In this document: positions 61,301-64,000 of the stretch, piece by piece
Position numbering within the stretch: position 1 is the stretch's first letter
How the letters are laid out: each line of letters begins with the position of its first letter
Origin: Microthyrium microscopicum
Taxonomy: Eukaryota
Reading direction: 5' to 3'
Length of the DNA stretch: 64,000 nucleotides
Assembly: GCA_010405405.1 (NCBI GenBank)
Contig: MU004233.1
Coordinates: 2,520,539 to 2,584,538 of the forward strand
Notes under the pieces: generated by a model
Database searches by the model: none
What the model saw: the letters and a program-made list of their open reading frames with translations, nothing else
What the model was told of the DNA's origin: nothing
Program-made: the position numbers and the translations under genes

Positions 61301-64000
61301 TATAAGATTTAGATATATAAGGGTAATAAGTAAAAGATAGCCTTTTAGATATAATATAGCTTATTTAAATAAATAGTAATATTATTTAGGTTATTAAATG
61401 CTTTAAATATCTTTTAGAGGTTTATTAACTTTACTCTTTAGAATATTTTAGATAACTATATTTCTATATACTTAGATAATATCTTAATCTTTAGTTTAGG
61501 TACTAGGAAGTAATATAAGGCCTACATTTATAAAGTCCTTAAGTAGCTATAAAAAGCAGGACTTTATTTTAATATTTAGAAGTATAAATTTATAACTACT
61601 TAGATAATATACTTAGGCTATATTATTAAGGCTAGATAAGGAATCTTAATAGACTTAGCTAAAGTTAAAATAATCTAAGAATAAGAGGTTCTTAAGAACG
61701 TTTATAGAGTTTAAGCTTTCCTTAGCTTTACTAATTTTTATTATAGATTTATACTAAACTTTTAAATAATTATAGAACCTCTTATTTAACTTACTTAGAA
61801 GGACGTTCTCTTCTTATTTAAAGACCTAAAGAGAGCTATATTTAAGGAGCTAAAATAGCTCTTTACTACTAACTAAATGCTAGCTCTATTTAATTATAAT
61901 AGAGAGACTCTTATTTATACTAACTTCTTTAATTACTCTTTAGAAGCTATACTAGTATAAAAGGATAAGATAAGTAAGTTTTAATTAGTAGCCTATTTCT
62001 TTAAAAAGTATAACTCTACTTAAAGTAACTACCTAATTTATAATAAAGAGATGCTTATAATTATACTTACTCTAAAAGAATAAAACTTAGAGCTACGAGT
62101 AGTAGAGAAGTTTAAAGTAATATCTAATTATAAGAACCTAGAGTATTTTATAAAACTATAGAAGCTTATAGAAAAGTATATCTAATAGTCTATTAAACTT
62201 ATAAAGTATAATATAATAATTAAGTACTAATTAGGTTTATAGAATAGCGTAGTAGATAATCTTTCTTATTATAAATAAGATATACCTTAGAACGTAGTTA
62301 ATAAAAAAATCTAGGCTAGAACTTTTTAACTACTTTATATCTAAAGGGATTAATTACTTAAATTACTATAAGCTTTACCTATCTATATTATTATTCTTTT
62401 TATAGCAATTAAAAATAAATTAATAAAGATTCTACTAGCTAATAAAGCTCTAATCCCTAGCTTACTACTACTAATACTAAACGTCTCTAAACTATTAGTA
62501 ACCTAGTAGAATAAGGTAGTATAGGCTAATAATACTTATTAAGTAGCTTATTAGATAATTAAAGCTAGTAGATAAAAGTTTTCCTTATTAATTATAAATA
62601 TTAAAATCTCTATTCCTAATTACTTAATTAATAGTAAGGATTATCTTTACTAAAGAGGATAACTATAAATCCTAAATCTAGAACCTTTATAGATAGTAAT
62701 ACTATAAGTAGCTTATATATTCTTAACTTAAAGCTATTCTAGCTATAAAGGTACTTATTAAGCTCTATAGCTATACTTCTTCTAGCTTAGAATTATGACT
62801 AATATAAGGCGTTTTATAAGAAATTATAGTATATATAGCTAATTAAAGGTTAGTTATAAGTAGAAAAGAGGCTTTTTAAAGCTTTTATTTATCTTAAGCT
62901 AATAATAATAAGAACTATTAATAGATTTTATAATAGACTTTCTTTTATTAAATAGATATATAATCTTAATAGTTATTACTAATTAGCTAAGTAAAGAAGT
63001 AATCCTAATCTCCTTTACTTAAAAAGAAGCTAAAGATATTATAGCTATTTTCTTATAATATATCTATTTCCTTTATAGTATTCTTAACGTAATTATCTAT
63101 AATTATAACCTAGTATTTATAAAAGACTTCTAGATAAAGTTTTATACATTACTATAGATAGAGCTATGACTATTAATTATATTTTATCTCTAGATAAATA
63201 GCTCTATAGAATAGCAAAACTTAGATATTAAAGCTAAAGTATAAATATATATAAATTATATATAATTAAACTAGTTCTTACTAATATTAATACTTTAACT
63301 TATATTTAACTTATAACGCTTATTTATAATAGAACTCTTACTCTTCTTTCTATCTTATAGCTTTAAAAACTCTACCTTTCTAGACTTTTCTAAGTAAGCT
63401 TTCTTATCTAAATAGAAGAATACTCTAAAAAAGAGGAAAGAAAAAGCTACTTATATAATTTTAAAAGCTATAAAATAGGCTTAAGATACTATAACTTTTA
63501 TTTAAGAAAAAATATAGGAATAAGCTAACTAAATAAGGATTTAAATACTTAAGTATAAAGTTAGTAATTAGGTTTAGCTAGACTTAAAGAATATTAAGAC
63601 TAAATAAATAAAGAAGAAATTTAATTACTATTACTCTAAGTTTTAAGTTATAAAGGTAGTAAGCTTATATATAATTATATTAAATATATTATAGAGAACT
63701 AAGAAATTTTACGTTAACCTATTTAGACTAGTAATAGATAACTTATTCTTAAGTTAAGATACTAATAATTCTTATTTATTACTAATTTTAGTTAAGGACT
63801 TAGACGAAGAAGAATAAGAGGAGTAGCTAGTAGAGGAGATTATAGCTAAAAAATATAAGAAGATAATAAAGAGTAAACTTTATATAGTTTACGTTATTAA
63901 ATAGGTAGGTTATTTAGATATAATAAAAAAACTAATTAATTTTATTAAATAGTTAGAAGCCTACGTAAAGTAGATAGAGAAAATAAAGTACGTATAAAAT
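58322..64000 (+). mobile_element. Ty3/Gypsy (chromovirus-type) LTR retrotransposon, inactivated by RIP; continues beyond the window
   Basis: Abrupt AT/TpA-rich block with no ORFs. De-RIPed reading recovers RT (PVLF..K about 61130, DYRALNKLT.KD about 61180, FTKLDI about 61270, KTAF..YG.FE..VMPFGL about 61335, YLDDILIFS about 61468, FLGF.NFY.RFI about 61718), RNase H (VAYFSKK, NYPIYDKEML, DHKNLEYF at 61990-62150), integrase (MDF..DLP about 62920) and a chromodomain-like EW.VEEI (about 63820). Putative 5' LTR starts TGTTGG at 58322. Confidence 0.92.

Overview
Eukaryotic DNA from a filamentous ascomycete (Pezizomycotina). Evidence: GT-AG introns with CTRAC branch points, a Zn2Cys6 factor, HET genes and RIP. 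Positions 1-58 kb hold about 20 genes. The conserved housekeeping genes are an M18 aspartyl aminopeptidase, the APC/C activator Cdh1, a Pho13-type HAD phosphatase, an SRPK-like kinase, a SAM methyltransferase, Atg1, a ZIP zinc transporter, the Moco sulfurase HxB, a CSA/ERCC8-like WD40 protein and a Jen1-type MFS transporter. Among them are accessory genes: three HET-domain genes (one partial, one apparently intact with WW-like modules, one pseudogene), a frameshifted flavoprotein near a Zn2Cys6 factor and the ZIP gene, a secreted mucin-like repeat protein with a RIP-damaged 3' repeat, and an unnamed four-repeat plus TPR protein. From about 58.3 kb to the end lies a heavily RIP-mutated chromodomain-bearing Ty3/Gypsy LTR retrotransposon. 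I found no tRNA, rRNA or CRISPR. No new system can be proven from sequence alone. The best leads are the WW-HET protein, the flavoprotein/Zn2Cys6/ZIP neighbourhood and the repeat-TPR protein. Exon boundaries and family calls were made by eye, without database searches.
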